A stretch of DNA of 41,286 nt. Origin: a virus. Lineage: Duplodnaviria > Heunggongvirae > Uroviricota > Caudoviricetes. Below, piece after piece: positions 1-8,803 of the stretch. Below the pieces are notes generated by a model. The model searched no databases and was not told where the DNA came from. It was given only the letters and a program-made list of their open reading frames with translations. Both the position numbers and the translations under genes were made by a program. Positions within the stretch are counted from its first letter, which is position 1. Each line of letters begins with the position of its first letter. The stretch lies in the IMG/VR virus record IMGVR_UViG_2565956711_000007; one strand, 5' to 3'.

Positions 1-1284
1 TTACTTCTTCGCCTCTGCAACCACTTTACTACCCACGCCGCGGTTATTGTATTCCCACATGCGGTTGTAGTTAGTGTCATTCAGATTGCGCTGTATTTCG
101 TCGTTATCATCTACGCTGCCGGTATTACCCGCAAACGGACGATTAGAGATCACCGCATCGGCCCACGGTTTAGCCGTGTTAAAACCTTCGTTGATGGCGC
201 TATCACGGATCACCACCTGACCGTTGGTATTGGCATCAACATCCAGCGAGCGGCCCAGTTGCGCCACACCATCACCGAAAGCATTGAAACGGCTGTTTAC
301 GGCGAGGAAACCGTAGTAAATGTTGGACAGCGTAGCCGGTGCAAACACATACGCTTCTTGCTGAGTACGTGAGTTCACCACGCGGAATTCGGTGTTATCG
401 AACACCACTGCGCCGCGACCAGAAACGATATCCACATCCCCTTCAATGTAGCTGTTGGTCACCAGCGTACGCGGCTGACGATTCGTTTCCAGACGGTTCT
501 GCACACCGCTGTTGGTGACAAAGAAGGTGTTCTGACGACCGAGAATGTTAACGTTGTTAATCTGTACCTGGTCACCATCAGTACGCAGTGCCACCGCCGG
601 ATGGTTACCTGCATCTACGCTATCGCCCAGCGTGTTTTCGATGGTCAGATTTTGCAGTTGCAGGCCATTGTTTTGTGACCAGAAGACCGCAGAGCAGAGA
701 ACACCGATACTGTCGCTACGTTTGCTCTGGCAGCTATCGTACATATACCACGCTGGTTTACCTGGCATATATTTGCCGCGCGGGTTGACGTCGTGACGCC
801 AGTCGGCAGGGCTCATGCCACCATCAAGGGAAAGCCCAATCTTCACATCAATCGGTTTTTCACCTGTACCGTACAGAGTAATTCCACCCGGAGCGGCAGG
901 GACATATACCGTTCCCTGATACTCACCAGGCATCACGGCAATATACTGGCGCTTGTTGGTACGCTTGATAATTGCCGCATCTACCGCCGCCTGAATCGTG
1001 GTATGCGTTACACCTTGAGTGCCCGCCGGGCCGACAACAAATTCAGGTTGCGCAGGCAGGGTAATCGGGGAAGGATTCCACGCTGCAGCACCTGGTGTCA
1101 GGGATGCAAAATAGTGTTGAGCATCGAAATTCTGCGCTTCTTTTGCCGACAGAATCGGGCGAGAAGAGGTACCAGGCGCGGTTTGATCAGAAGGACGTTG
1201 ATCGGGCGGGGTTGAGCTACAGGCGGTCAGCGTCACGCCAAAAGCCAATGCCAGCGCCAGACGGGAAACTGAAAATGTGTTCAC
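1..1284 (-). CDS. ybhC: Host outer-membrane lipoprotein YbhC-like (pectinesterase family), flanking the prophage
   Basis: 427-aa ORF with lipoprotein signal (MNTFSVSRLALALAFGVTLTAC); lies about 45 nt from the lambda att core; recalled as the gene next to attB-lambda in E. coli (memory, not searched). Confidence 0.75.
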   Translation of the reverse strand: MNTFSVSRLALALAFGVTLTACSSTPPDQRPSDQTAPGTSSRPILSAKEAQNFDAQHYFASLTPGAAAWNPSPITLPAQPEFVVGPAGTQGVTHTTIQAAVDAAIIKRTNKRQYIAVMPGEYQGTVYVPAAPGGITLYGTGEKPIDVKIGLSLDGGMSPADWRHDVNPRGKYMPGKPAWYMYDSCQSKRSDSIGVLCSAVFWSQNNGLQLQNLTIENTLGDSVDAGNHPAVALRTDGDQVQINNVNILGRQNTFFVTNSGVQNRLETNRQPRTLVTNSYIEGDVDIVSGRGAVVFDNTEFRVVNSRTQQEAYVFAPATLSNIYYGFLAVNSRFNAFGDGVAQLGRSLDVDANTNGQVVIRDSAINEGFNTAKPWADAVISNRPFAGNTGSVDDNDEIQRNLNDTNYNRMWEYNNRGVGSKVVAEAKK

Positions 1285-1330
1285 AGGTTGCTCCGGGCTA
1301 TGAAATAGAAAAATGAATCCGTTGAAGCCT

Positions 1331-1345
1331 GCTTTTTTATACTAA
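1331..1345. other. attL core (lambda O region), junction of bacterial B arm and phage P' arm
   Basis: Exact GCTTTTTTATACTAA 15-mer; downstream sequence matches lambda P' arm (GTTG.CATTATAAAAAAGCATTGCTTATCAATTT). Confidence 0.9.
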
Positions 1346-1421
1346 GTTGTCATTATAAAAAAGCATTGCTTATCAATTTATTGCAACGAACAGGTCACTA
1401 TCAGTCAAAATAAAATCATTA
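1346..1421. promoter_or_regulatory. attL P' arm with IHF H' site and Int arm-type sites P'1-P'3
   Basis: TATCAATTTATTG (IHF-like) and AGGTCACTAT / CAGTCAAAAT arm-type repeats at about 1393-1411. Confidence 0.7.
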
Positions 1422-2489
1422 TTTGATTTCAATTTTGTCCCACTCCCTGCCTCTGTCATCACGATACTGTGATGCCATGGTGTCCGACTTATGCCCGAGA
1501 AGATGTTGAGCAAACTTATCGCTTATCTGCTTCTCATAGAGTCTTGCAGACAAACTGCGCAACTCGTGAAAGGTAGGCGGATCCCCTTCGAAGGAAAGAC
1601 CTGATGCTTTTCGTGCGCGCATAAAATACCTTGATACTGTGCCGGATGAAAGCGGTTCACGACGAGTAGATGCAATTATGGTTTCTCCGCCAAGAATCTC
1701 TTTGCATTTATCAAGTGTTTCCTTCATTGATATCCCGAGAGCATCAACATGCAATGTTGTAGGGATGGCAATTTTTACGCCTGTTTTGCTTTGCTCGACA
1801 TAAAGATATCCATCTACGATATCAGACCATTTCATTTCGCATAAATCCCCAACTCGCTGCCCGGTAACAACAGCCAGTTCCATTGCAAGTCTGAGCCAAC
1901 ATGGTGATGATTCTGCTGCTTGATAAATTTTCAGGTATTCGTCAGCCGTAAGTCTTGATCTCCTTACCTCTGATTTTGCTGCGCGAGTGGCAGCGACCGG
2001 GTTTGTTGTTATATGGCCTTCAGCTATTGCCTCTCGGAATGCATCGCTCAGTGTTGATCTGATTAACTTGGCTGACGCCGCTTTGCCCTCGTCTATGTAT
2101 CCATTGAGCATTGCCGCAATTTCTTTTGTGGTGATGTTTTCAAGTGGAGCATCAGGCAGACCCCTCCTTATTGCTTTAATTTTGCTCATGTAATTTATGA
2201 GTGTCTTCTGCTTGATTCCTCTGCTGGCGAGGATTTTTTCGTAGCGATCAAGCCATGAATGTAACGTAACAGAATTATCACTGTTGATTCTTGCTGTCAG
2301 AGGCTTGTGTTTGTGTCCTGAAAATAACTCAATGTTTGCCTGTATTGCTTCAGTAATTGCTATCCTCCTGTCTCTGCCTAATCCGAACTCTTTACCCGTC
2401 CTTGGGTCCCTGTAGCAGTAATATCCATTGTTTCTTATATAAAGGTTAGGGGGTAAATCCCGGCGCTCATGATTTCGCCTTCTTCCCAT
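1419..2489 (-). CDS. int: Integrase, lambda Int type (tyrosine recombinase)
   Basis: 356 aa; near-identical to recalled lambda Int (MGRRRNHERRDLPPNLYIRNNGYYCYRDPRTGKEF...); adjacent to att. Confidence 0.97.
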   Translation of the reverse strand: MGRRRNHERRDLPPNLYIRNNGYYCYRDPRTGKEFGLGRDRRIAITEAIQANIELFSGHKHKPLTARINSDNSVTLHSWLDRYEKILASRGIKQKTLINYMSKIKAIRRGLPDAPLENITTKEIAAMLNGYIDEGKAASAKLIRSTLSDAFREAIAEGHITTNPVAATRAAKSEVRRSRLTADEYLKIYQAAESSPCWLRLAMELAVVTGQRVGDLCEMKWSDIVDGYLYVEQSKTGVKIAIPTTLHVDALGISMKETLDKCKEILGGETIIASTRREPLSSGTVSRYFMRARKASGLSFEGDPPTFHELRSLSARLYEKQISDKFAQHLLGHKSDTMASQYRDDRGREWDKIEIK

Positions 2490-2685
2490 TTCTGATCCTC
2501 TTCAAAAGGCTACCTGTTACTGGTCGATTTAAGTCAACCTTTACCGCTGATTCGTGGAACAGATACTCTCTTCCATCCTTAACCGGAGGTGGGAATATCC
2601 TGCATTCCCGAACCCATCGACGAACTGTTTCAAGGCTTCTTGGGCGTCGCTGGCGAGCGTTCCACTCCTGAAGTGTCAAGTACAT
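2467..2685 (-). CDS. xis: Excisionase, lambda Xis type
   Basis: 72 aa MYLTLQEWNARQRRPRSLETVRRWVRECRIFPPPVKDGREYLF...; overlaps int start by 23 nt as in lambda. Confidence 0.95.
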   Translation of the reverse strand: MYLTLQEWNARQRRPRSLETVRRWVRECRIFPPPVKDGREYLFHESAVKVDLNRPVTGSLLKRIRNGKKAKS

Positions 2686-2710
2686 CGCAAAGTCTCCGCA
2701 ATTACACGCA

Positions 2711-2735
2711 AGAAAAAACCGCCATCAGGCGGTTT
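2711..2735 (-). terminator. Rho-independent terminator on the leftward transcript, upstream of xis
   Basis: Stem CCGCC / GGCGG with 4-nt loop followed by a U-run on the minus strand (plus-strand AAAAAACCGCCATCAGGCGG). Confidence 0.6.
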
Positions 2736-2892
2736 GGTGTTCTTTCAGTTCTTCAATTCGAATATTGGTTACGTCTGCATGTGCTATCTGCGCCCATATC
2801 ATCCAGTGGTCATAGCAGTCGTTGAAGTCCTCTGCTTCGATAACCCTGTTGAATGGTTCTCCATTCCATTCACCTGTGACTCGGAAGTGCAT
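2725..2892 (-). CDS. Small hypothetical protein (55 aa) upstream of xis
   Basis: Manual translation MHFRVTGEWNGEPFNRVIEAEDFNDCYDHWMIWAQIAHADVTNIRIEELKEHQTA; GGAG 8 nt upstream of ATG; stop lies inside terminator loop. Confidence 0.4.
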   Translation of the reverse strand: MHFRVTGEWNGEPFNRVIEAEDFNDCYDHWMIWAQIAHADVTNIRIEELKEHQTA

Positions 2893-3050
2893 TTATCATC
2901 TCCATAAAGCAAAACTCGCCGTAGCGAGTTCAGATAAAAGAAATCCCCGCGAGTGCGAGGATTGTTATTGTCTTTTCTTCGTGCATTTGTCGCACTTTCG
3001 GCACCATCCAGATAGGCACATCCGTCCGCAATTAACACATATAGGCCACA

Positions 3051-3329
3051 TCATTTTTCCTCTTTTGGTTTATGAATCTGAATGGTCATGCCGCTTTGAG
3101 TGGTGACTACAATGACAGAACCAGGCTGAAGACTGTTAAGATTGAATGCTTCGTAAAACGAATCCAAGGCCAGCGTTTTTTTATTCTTTCGGTTCCACCA
3201 ACGCCATCCCTTGCTACAGGCTACACTGACAATCCACTGCCCACTCCTGTAAGCCATATAAAACCAGATGAGCAAAACCTGAAGGAATGCTATCCAGTCA
3301 ATAATCGTATATTTCGCGAAGGAGTCCAT
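3051..3329 (-). CDS. Hypothetical membrane protein (N-terminal TM helix, beta-rich C-terminus)
   Basis: ATG at 3329 with AGGAGG 7 nt upstream; hydrophobic segment YTIIDWIAFLQVLLIWFYMAY; start overlaps upstream stop (TGATG). Confidence 0.5.
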   Translation of the reverse strand: MDSFAKYTIIDWIAFLQVLLIWFYMAYRSGQWIVSVACSKGWRWWNRKNKKTLALDSFYEAFNLNSLQPGSVIVVTTQSGMTIQIHKPKEEK

Positions 3330-4564
3330 CACTTCACCTCCTGCTGCGGTGCTGCTGGCATTTCACGCCAGTGCGTAACTGAGTGCGGATCCGGATATTC
3401 GGTGCCATCATCCCAGCGATTGCCATTCCACATTGCAGACCACATCTCACCGTCTTCATACATGACCATTACCGGAATTAACTTATCCGGCATTCGCTCA
3501 CTACAGCTTATCCAAGCATCCGGAGTTACCGGAGAATTGCCACCCTGAACAGTAGGCATATCCGGACCTTTGCGAATCGCCCTGGCAAGATCGATTGGGT
3601 CGTCGTACAACCAGTCACCTGTTTGCGGATGATTGGCTTCTGCCAATTGTGCAGCCCACTCCAGGCCGTCTTTGTGTCCTTGCAGATAGTCCAGCGGCAA
3701 CTCATCACGATTACTTACGGGTTCGATTTGTTCGGAATTACCGGACAACTGCATGGTACCTTCATTGGTGAGGGTACCATCTGCACCCTGAAGCATGGCG
3801 GCGCGGCAGGCATACTCAACGCCCTTAACTGCATCTGCGCAGTAGTTATAGCGATTGCATTCCACTAATTTCCGTTTGAGTTTTTCAATTGCCTGCGCGA
3901 CATCAGCCTGTATTACAGGAACTGGCGGAACGGCTGTTTGCTCTCGAACGTCATTAGTCGCTATCGGTTCTGCTGCCAACTGACTGGCATATTTGTTAAT
4001 GGTAACGATAAGCTCTTGCTCAGCCTCATCCAGACAATCACCGATACCTCGCCTGTCACCGTCAAAATCATCGAAATCGGCACGAATCTTGGCAACCTTC
4101 AGGATTGCGGACAACACCTCACTAGGAATTACCGGATAGTTGGTTGACGTTTCCGCGATTTCCCGAAAATTATTGGTTGACGAATTCTTGTTTTCCCGAA
4201 AGTTTCCGGACTGAAGCATGGCGGCGCGGCAGGCGTTCCAGCCTCTCACCTCTGCAATAGCGGCAACAGCATCAACCGTGTACATGCTAAGAGGATTAGG
4301 CATTGGTTTTTCTTCCGGTACTACTGGAACGGGGGGAGCGGCGTAGACCTCAATAATTCCATTATCAATAGGCCATTCTCCATCCTTGAGGTAGTCACTT
4401 GTGCCGTCAACTTGCTGTTCTGCAATGTGGAATGCACCTATTGGTTTTGCTTCGAGCGATGCCAGCGCAATCCGTGCCAGTTCCATTTGTTCACCACGGG
4501 TAAGCCCGTTTTCAAGCGGATTTTTAATGAACAATTCAATACGTTCTTTGGTAATAGTGCTCAT
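3329..4564 (-). CDS. Ea22-like accessory protein with internal duplication and DUF551-like C-terminus
   Basis: 411 aa; two copies of ACRAAMLQ motif encoded by a 24-bp perfect direct repeat (3788-3811 and 4211-4234); C-terminal W-rich region resembles phage DUF551. Confidence 0.55.
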   Translation of the reverse strand: MSTITKERIELFIKNPLENGLTRGEQMELARIALASLEAKPIGAFHIAEQQVDGTSDYLKDGEWPIDNGIIEVYAAPPVPVVPEEKPMPNPLSMYTVDAVAAIAEVRGWNACRAAMLQSGNFRENKNSSTNNFREIAETSTNYPVIPSEVLSAILKVAKIRADFDDFDGDRRGIGDCLDEAEQELIVTINKYASQLAAEPIATNDVREQTAVPPVPVIQADVAQAIEKLKRKLVECNRYNYCADAVKGVEYACRAAMLQGADGTLTNEGTMQLSGNSEQIEPVSNRDELPLDYLQGHKDGLEWAAQLAEANHPQTGDWLYDDPIDLARAIRKGPDMPTVQGGNSPVTPDAWISCSERMPDKLIPVMVMYEDGEMWSAMWNGNRWDDGTEYPDPHSVTHWREMPAAPQQEVK

Positions 4565-4567
4565 GGG

Positions 4568-4999
4568 TTAGTCCTCACCTTTCTGTTGCACTACCGGAAC
4601 CGATAAATCGACGCACCAGGAGATAACGCCGAATTGATCATCGTTCTGCGCTTCACCCCAAACGTAATATTTTGATCCTGGCCGACCCATTGCCGGGTCA
4701 AATACTTCTATGCCGCGTTCTGCCGTTAACGACATCAGAATCTGATGCAGGCCGCCTTTGATGTTCAGTGACGGAACGGTCAGGAAGTAAATAAACCCGT
4801 AAAGCAATTCGGCCTTGCGCTGGCTTCCGTAAAAATACGGGATTTTGTAATAATCCAGCGCGTCGTCGAGCCAGTCTGTTTTGTCGTGGAATTTCTGATG
4901 CCAGCGTTCCACTACCTCATCGACAGGTTGACCGGCAACCATTGCAACGCAGGTAGCCATGCAGGTGTTAAATGTTGGCTGCATTTGATGTTGAAGCAT
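4568..4999 (-). CDS. Putative papain-like (C39-type) cysteine peptidase domain protein
   Basis: 143 aa from ATG 4999; N-terminal Q....NTCMATCVAMV resembles the C39 peptidase Gln/Cys active-site motif; family assignment from motif only. Confidence 0.45.
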   Translation of the reverse strand: MLQHQMQPTFNTCMATCVAMVAGQPVDEVVERWHQKFHDKTDWLDDALDYYKIPYFYGSQRKAELLYGFIYFLTVPSLNIKGGLHQILMSLTAERGIEVFDPAMGRPGSKYYVWGEAQNDDQFGVISWCVDLSVPVVQQKGED

Positions 5000-5373
5000 C
5001 ACTCCCCCTTACCGATGCCAGCGGCGCTAAGCTTGGTATTCACATCACCTTCAAAAATAGGCAGTACACCAATTGCAGCGGCCCAGTTTTTAGCTAACTC
5101 AGGGTCAGATGTCTCGTCGGTGTAGTCTGATGCCCGCCACCCAATCAGTCGTTTCTGACCAGGAATGTCAGAGTTTCGCTTCTCCGTTGCTTGCTCTAGA
5201 GCATTAAGAAGTGTACGTATTTCATGCTGCTGAGTAGAGATGCTTGAGTCTTTGGCTTCCAGCTCATCAAGCAGCGCCAGCACATCCCGAGTGGGGACCA
5301 TAAAGTTCGGCATGAAGTTATCTTTTGCCTTTTCTGCTGTTAGGCGCAGCGCCTGTTTGTCGATGTTTCTCAT
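4999..5373 (-). CDS. Hypothetical protein
   Basis: 124 aa; AGGAGG 7 nt upstream of ATG 5373; stop overlaps next start. Confidence 0.5.
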   Translation of the reverse strand: MRNIDKQALRLTAEKAKDNFMPNFMVPTRDVLALLDELEAKDSSISTQQHEIRTLLNALEQATEKRNSDIPGQKRLIGWRASDYTDETSDPELAKNWAAAIGVLPIFEGDVNTKLSAAGIGKGE

Positions 5374-6107
5374 TGGGCGGCCTCCTGGCGGTCTATGCGT
5401 TCAATTTCAGCCAGAATAAGTGCGCCAGCTTTCACCAGGTCACGGCGTGGATTTGTCGGCTTCCACCATTCTGGTGTCCACGGCCAGCCAAATGGAATGC
5501 GGTTAAATGGATGGATGGCATTCAGTACGTAGCATGAGGATGCCCACAGTAACTGCGATTTGCTGTACTGGTCATCATGCTCAGGCGTCCATCCCTCAAC
5601 TGATTGATGGCGTTGACGCTCTGCAATTACTGACTGAACGGCATTGGATAGCGATTTCACACCCTGCGCACGCACTTCAGCCAGGAAAGCATCGGTGGCT
5701 GGGGTTTCTGGAATGGCGTCTGGAATAACCTCTGAGTAGACGCGTTCCATTGCCGACTCCCATCCGTAGTAACAAGCCGAATAGCCGTCGCGCTGGTAGC
5801 CGTGGTCTTCAACTCCACATCCCATGCCCTGGTCATGGTATTCAGGCTGATTGTCGGGATTAATGCAGTATTCAATGACCGACTTCATCCCCGCATTCTC
5901 CGCTGCCAGCGCAGTGCACTTGGCCTCAAGGTTATCAATCGTGATTCCAGCAGAACGACACTCCCGCAACGCCGTTTCCAGTTTTGATTCAAGTTCACCG
6001 AACTTACGGACAAGGTATTCAGCGTTTGTTTCGTTAACCTTTAAATCTCGTGGGATGCATTTACCTTTCAGAAAACCATCCATCTCAATTAGTGACATTT
6101 GTTTCAT
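5370..6107 (-). CDS. Hypothetical protein
   Basis: 245 aa ORF in the operon, ATGA-type overlap with upstream gene. Confidence 0.5.
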   Translation of the reverse strand: MKQMSLIEMDGFLKGKCIPRDLKVNETNAEYLVRKFGELESKLETALRECRSAGITIDNLEAKCTALAAENAGMKSVIEYCINPDNQPEYHDQGMGCGVEDHGYQRDGYSACYYGWESAMERVYSEVIPDAIPETPATDAFLAEVRAQGVKSLSNAVQSVIAERQRHQSVEGWTPEHDDQYSKSQLLWASSCYVLNAIHPFNRIPFGWPWTPEWWKPTNPRRDLVKAGALILAEIERIDRQEAAQ

Positions 6108-6286
6108 TTTTTCCCACTCCGAAACATCGCATTCAGATATTTGTTTTGATTCACTGACGGAAAAGCATTTCTCTTAAGCAATTCCTCTCTCGATGGCATT
6201 GGCTTTACGCGCTGGCGAATAATCATTTCTGCCGGAAGAATGCCGGGATTGTATGCAAGTCCTCTCATGGTAAATTCCTCAGTCAT
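6104..6286 (-). CDS. Hypothetical small protein (60 aa), start uncertain
   Basis: ATG 6286 overlaps stop of upstream ORF (ATGACTGA); no clear SD. Confidence 0.3.
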   Translation of the reverse strand: MTEEFTMRGLAYNPGILPAEMIIRQRVKPMPSREELLKRNAFPSVNQNKYLNAMFRSGKK

Positions 6287-6572
6287 TACTGATAGCGCCA
6301 TAGCGTGAGCGGTAATTACGCAGGCGCGGGTCAATTTCAGGGAAGTGGGTATATGTGGCTTTGCGGAATGGTCGGATTGATGTCTGGTAAATTCGCTCGC
6401 GTTCTTCTTTCTCTGCAAGCCATATACAGTGACGAAATTCCTTTTCCTCTTTCGTTTCCTGCGGTAGCGACATTATCCGATCGTAGTTTTTTCTGAATTT
6501 ATCCAGCACCTCCGATACGGAATTGCCGGAACAGCGGCGCGCGTCGTCCGCACCATACAGAGGCGCTGGCAT
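6279..6572 (-). CDS. Hypothetical protein
   Basis: 97 aa; AGGAG 6 nt upstream of ATG 6572. Confidence 0.55.
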   Translation of the reverse strand: MPAPLYGADDARRCSGNSVSEVLDKFRKNYDRIMSLPQETKEEKEFRHCIWLAEKEERERIYQTSIRPFRKATYTHFPEIDPRLRNYRSRYGAISND

Positions 6573-6585
6573 GATTTTCTCCTGA

Positions 6586-7065
6586 TTAAATTGCGTGAAT
6601 AGCGTGACGAGGGAAGGGGAGAGTTACTGGTTCCTCGTCTGGGTAGATAGGTTTGTTATGTTTGTGCCACTCGACATGACATGACTTGCAGAGCCACATC
6701 ACATCGGTTGGTTTGCTGTAGTCGCAGTGGTGCGCCTGTGGTTTACATTCTGATCCGCAGCACTCACATTGTGGTGGTCGGATTAGCTTACCGTCGCGCA
6801 AAAAATTACCCACAATGATGTGGGCTTTTCTTTTCCATGGGTTGCTCTGAATGAACCGCTTTTTGGCTGCGTTACACCGTTCTCTTCCGCGTTCCGATGA
6901 TTGATATTCTCTCCTTGCTGATACTCGATGTGGCAATCCAGCGCGTTCTTTGTCGTATTCAGCCAGGCAAGCCCGGCAAGCGGCAGTTAATCCATCTCTG
7001 GATGCTCTTCTGATTTGAAAGTCCCTTTCTTCCTTCTGTTGATGGCATCTTGAGCAGACTTTCAT
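6586..7065 (-). CDS. Putative HNH-type endonuclease / zinc-finger protein
   Basis: 159 aa; multiple CxxC pairs and HHCDY....WLCKSCHVEWH motif typical of HNH; AGGAG 6 nt upstream. Confidence 0.5.
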   Translation of the reverse strand: MKVCSRCHQQKEERDFQIRRASRDGLTAACRACLAEYDKERAGLPHRVSARREYQSSERGRERCNAAKKRFIQSNPWKRKAHIIVGNFLRDGKLIRPPQCECCGSECKPQAHHCDYSKPTDVMWLCKSCHVEWHKHNKPIYPDEEPVTLPFPRHAIHAI

Positions 7066-7074
7066 ATTCAGCTC

Positions 7075-7548
7075 CTAGAACGGAATATCCGAATCGTCGA
7101 AGTTCATAGGTGGTTCGCTGTGATTCCCATGCTGCTGAGATTGCTGTCTTTGTTGCTGGCCGTTATTTCGCTGAGGTGAAGACTGTTCATTGCCTCCTTG
7201 CTTGCCACCAAGCATTTGCATGGTTCCACCAACGCCCACGATGACTTCGGTAGTGAACCGATCCTGTCCGCTTTGATCCTGCCATTTTCTTGTCCGCAAT
7301 TTGCCTTCAAGATAAACCTCAGAGCCTTTTCGCAGATATTCGCTGGCAATTTCTGCCAGTTTCCCGTTCATTACCACGCGGTGCCACTCCGTCTGCTCCT
7401 TTTGCTCTCCAGTTTGCTTATCACGCCATTGTTCTGACGTAGCAACTGTAAGGTTTGCAAATGCCGTTCCTGATGGTGAATATCTGATTTCTGGATCATG
7501 CCCAAGGCGACCAATAATGATCACCTTATTTACGCCTCTGCTTGCCAT
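7075..7548 (-). CDS. ssb: Single-stranded DNA-binding protein
   Basis: 157 aa; OB-fold N-terminus, Gly/Gln-rich linker, acidic C-terminal tail DDSDIPF. Confidence 0.9.
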   Translation of the reverse strand: MASRGVNKVIIIGRLGHDPEIRYSPSGTAFANLTVATSEQWRDKQTGEQKEQTEWHRVVMNGKLAEIASEYLRKGSEVYLEGKLRTRKWQDQSGQDRFTTEVIVGVGGTMQMLGGKQGGNEQSSPQRNNGQQQRQQSQQHGNHSEPPMNFDDSDIPF

Positions 7549-8256
7549 TTATGCCGCCTGTTTTAGCTCGTTAACTCTGATGTTCATTACCTGAACGCAT
7601 TTAGCCTGCGCATCCTCATTGCCAGCCATTAATTGCCAGTCATGCTGATAACGCTCGATGAGTTTTTTCTTGTCAGTTTCTGTTGATGCATAATCGCTGA
7701 AGTCTTTCAGGATTTGTTCGCAGTCAACCGATGGAGATGTCTGGTTGGTATTTTCTGGTGATGGTTTGTTATCTGATGCTGGGATTGCCCATCCCGGCAG
7801 CGATGGAGGGAGCCAGTAAAATCCTGTTCCATCCTTCAGTTTTGCCCTGTGCCACCCCTGTTTTTTATCAAGAGATGTTTGTGCGAAACCTTCCTCAAGG
7901 TTATACAGATACCGACCGATTCCCCACTGTACGGCAGCGCGCTTCATTGCACCGGAACGACCACCTTTGACGGCTTCTACCTGCGTGTTTTCAGCAGCAT
8001 CCCATTTGGTTACCCATTCGGAATCAATCCTGATTGATATGCCGCATTCAACGCCGCCGTTGTTAGGAATATCGCGGTATTCATTGCGCCATCCTGCTTT
8101 GCCACAAACATCGTCCAGGCGTTTCATGATTGCCCGGTTCGTGACATAAGCCAGCACCATAGCCCACACTTTGCCATCGCGTGTTTTACCGCTTTGCTGT
8201 ATTCGCCATTCGATATCTTCAGGGCTGAATGGCTCATCGAATTTATTCAAATCCAT
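7549..8256 (-). CDS. Rad52-family single-strand annealing recombinase (Sak/Erf-like functional slot)
   Basis: 235 aa; motif GKVWAMVLAYVTNRAIMKRLDDVCG...GISIRIDSEWVTKWDAAEN...GGRSGAMKRAAVQWGIGRYLY; sits beside ssb in the bet/erf position. Confidence 0.7.
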   Translation of the reverse strand: MDLNKFDEPFSPEDIEWRIQQSGKTRDGKVWAMVLAYVTNRAIMKRLDDVCGKAGWRNEYRDIPNNGGVECGISIRIDSEWVTKWDAAENTQVEAVKGGRSGAMKRAAVQWGIGRYLYNLEEGFAQTSLDKKQGWHRAKLKDGTGFYWLPPSLPGWAIPASDNKPSPENTNQTSPSVDCEQILKDFSDYASTETDKKKLIERYQHDWQLMAGNEDAQAKCVQVMNIRVNELKQAA

Positions 8257-8264
8257 AAATCACC

Positions 8265-8435
8265 TCAGAATGGACATGGCCCAAGAAAATAACGCTGATT
8301 TAATACTTCGACTCGGGACAAATTAAGGCATACCCGCATTCCTTCGCGGTCGCCATTATGTCGATACCAGAGAGCTTTTTGCGTGTACATGCGCCTCTGT
8401 AACTTGCTCTCCTTCACTGTGGTTGCAAGTGACAT
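8265..8435 (-). CDS. Hypothetical small protein (56 aa), overlaps next feature in another frame
   Basis: ATG 8435 with AAGGAG 6 nt upstream; MSLATTVKESKLQRRMYTQKALWYRHNGDREGMRVCLNLSRVEVLNQRYFLGPCPF. Confidence 0.3.
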   Translation of the reverse strand: MSLATTVKESKLQRRMYTQKALWYRHNGDREGMRVCLNLSRVEVLNQRYFLGPCPF

Positions 8436-8514
8436 GAATATCTCCTTCGTTACCGATTAATTCTTTCATCTGACGAATGAATTCTTCGTCTGACCAGTTA
8501 TCTGTAAAACTCAT
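8356..8514 (-). CDS. Hypothetical small acidic protein (52 aa), translationally coupled to kil-like gene
   Basis: ATG 8514 overlaps kil-like stop (ATGA); MSFTDNWSDEEFIRQMKELIGNEGDIHVTCNHSEGEQVTEAHVHAKSSLVST. Confidence 0.3.
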   Translation of the reverse strand: MSFTDNWSDEEFIRQMKELIGNEGDIHVTCNHSEGEQVTEAHVHAKSSLVST

Positions 8515-8663
8515 TTCCTGCGATACCACGGAAGGTTGATAGCTGATTTCATTGCTTTATTTGCTTCAAGCCACATTTTGGAATCACCAATAAATCTGGC
8601 TATTACTGCTTTGTTTTGTGCAGCACGAAGCATCTGGTGATTGATGGCTATTTCATTGCGCAT
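8511..8663 (-). CDS. kil: Kil-like small protein (putative host cell-division inhibitor)
   Basis: 50 aa MRNEIAINHQMLRAAQNKAVIARFIGDSKMWLEANKAMKSAINLPWYRRK; directly downstream of cIII as in lambda; FIGD.KMW motif recalled from lambda Kil (memory, uncertain). Confidence 0.45.
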   Translation of the reverse strand: MRNEIAINHQMLRAAQNKAVIARFIGDSKMWLEANKAMKSAINLPWYRRK

Positions 8664-8779
8664 AATAAGACCTCAACTCTTTTCCATCCGTCACGTAATT
8701 TACGGGTGATTCGTTCAAGTAAAGATTCATTTAGTTGGAAGGCACCCATGCGAGCGCCTCCCGCGATTGCGTAAATCAT
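8648..8779 (-). CDS. cIII: CIII-like protease (FtsH) inhibitor, short form
   Basis: 43 aa MIYAIAGGARMGAFQLNESLLERITRKLRDGWKRVEVLLCAMK; core ESLLERITRKLRDGWKR matches recalled lambda CIII helix; AAGGA upstream. Confidence 0.7.
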   Translation of the reverse strand: MIYAIAGGARMGAFQLNESLLERITRKLRDGWKRVEVLLCAMK

Positions 8780-8803
8780 GGGTGGTTCCTTATGTTGGTT
8801 TTA

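Noticed and set aside
545-1316. Several plus-strand ORFs (83, 66, 140, 73 aa) inside the ybhC region
   Set aside because: They lie antisense within a well-supported 427-aa host gene, have no SD sequences and have low-complexity translations
2799-3038. 79-aa minus-strand ORF
   Set aside because: Overlaps the better-supported 55-aa ORF and a hairpin; no SD; translation is not protein-like
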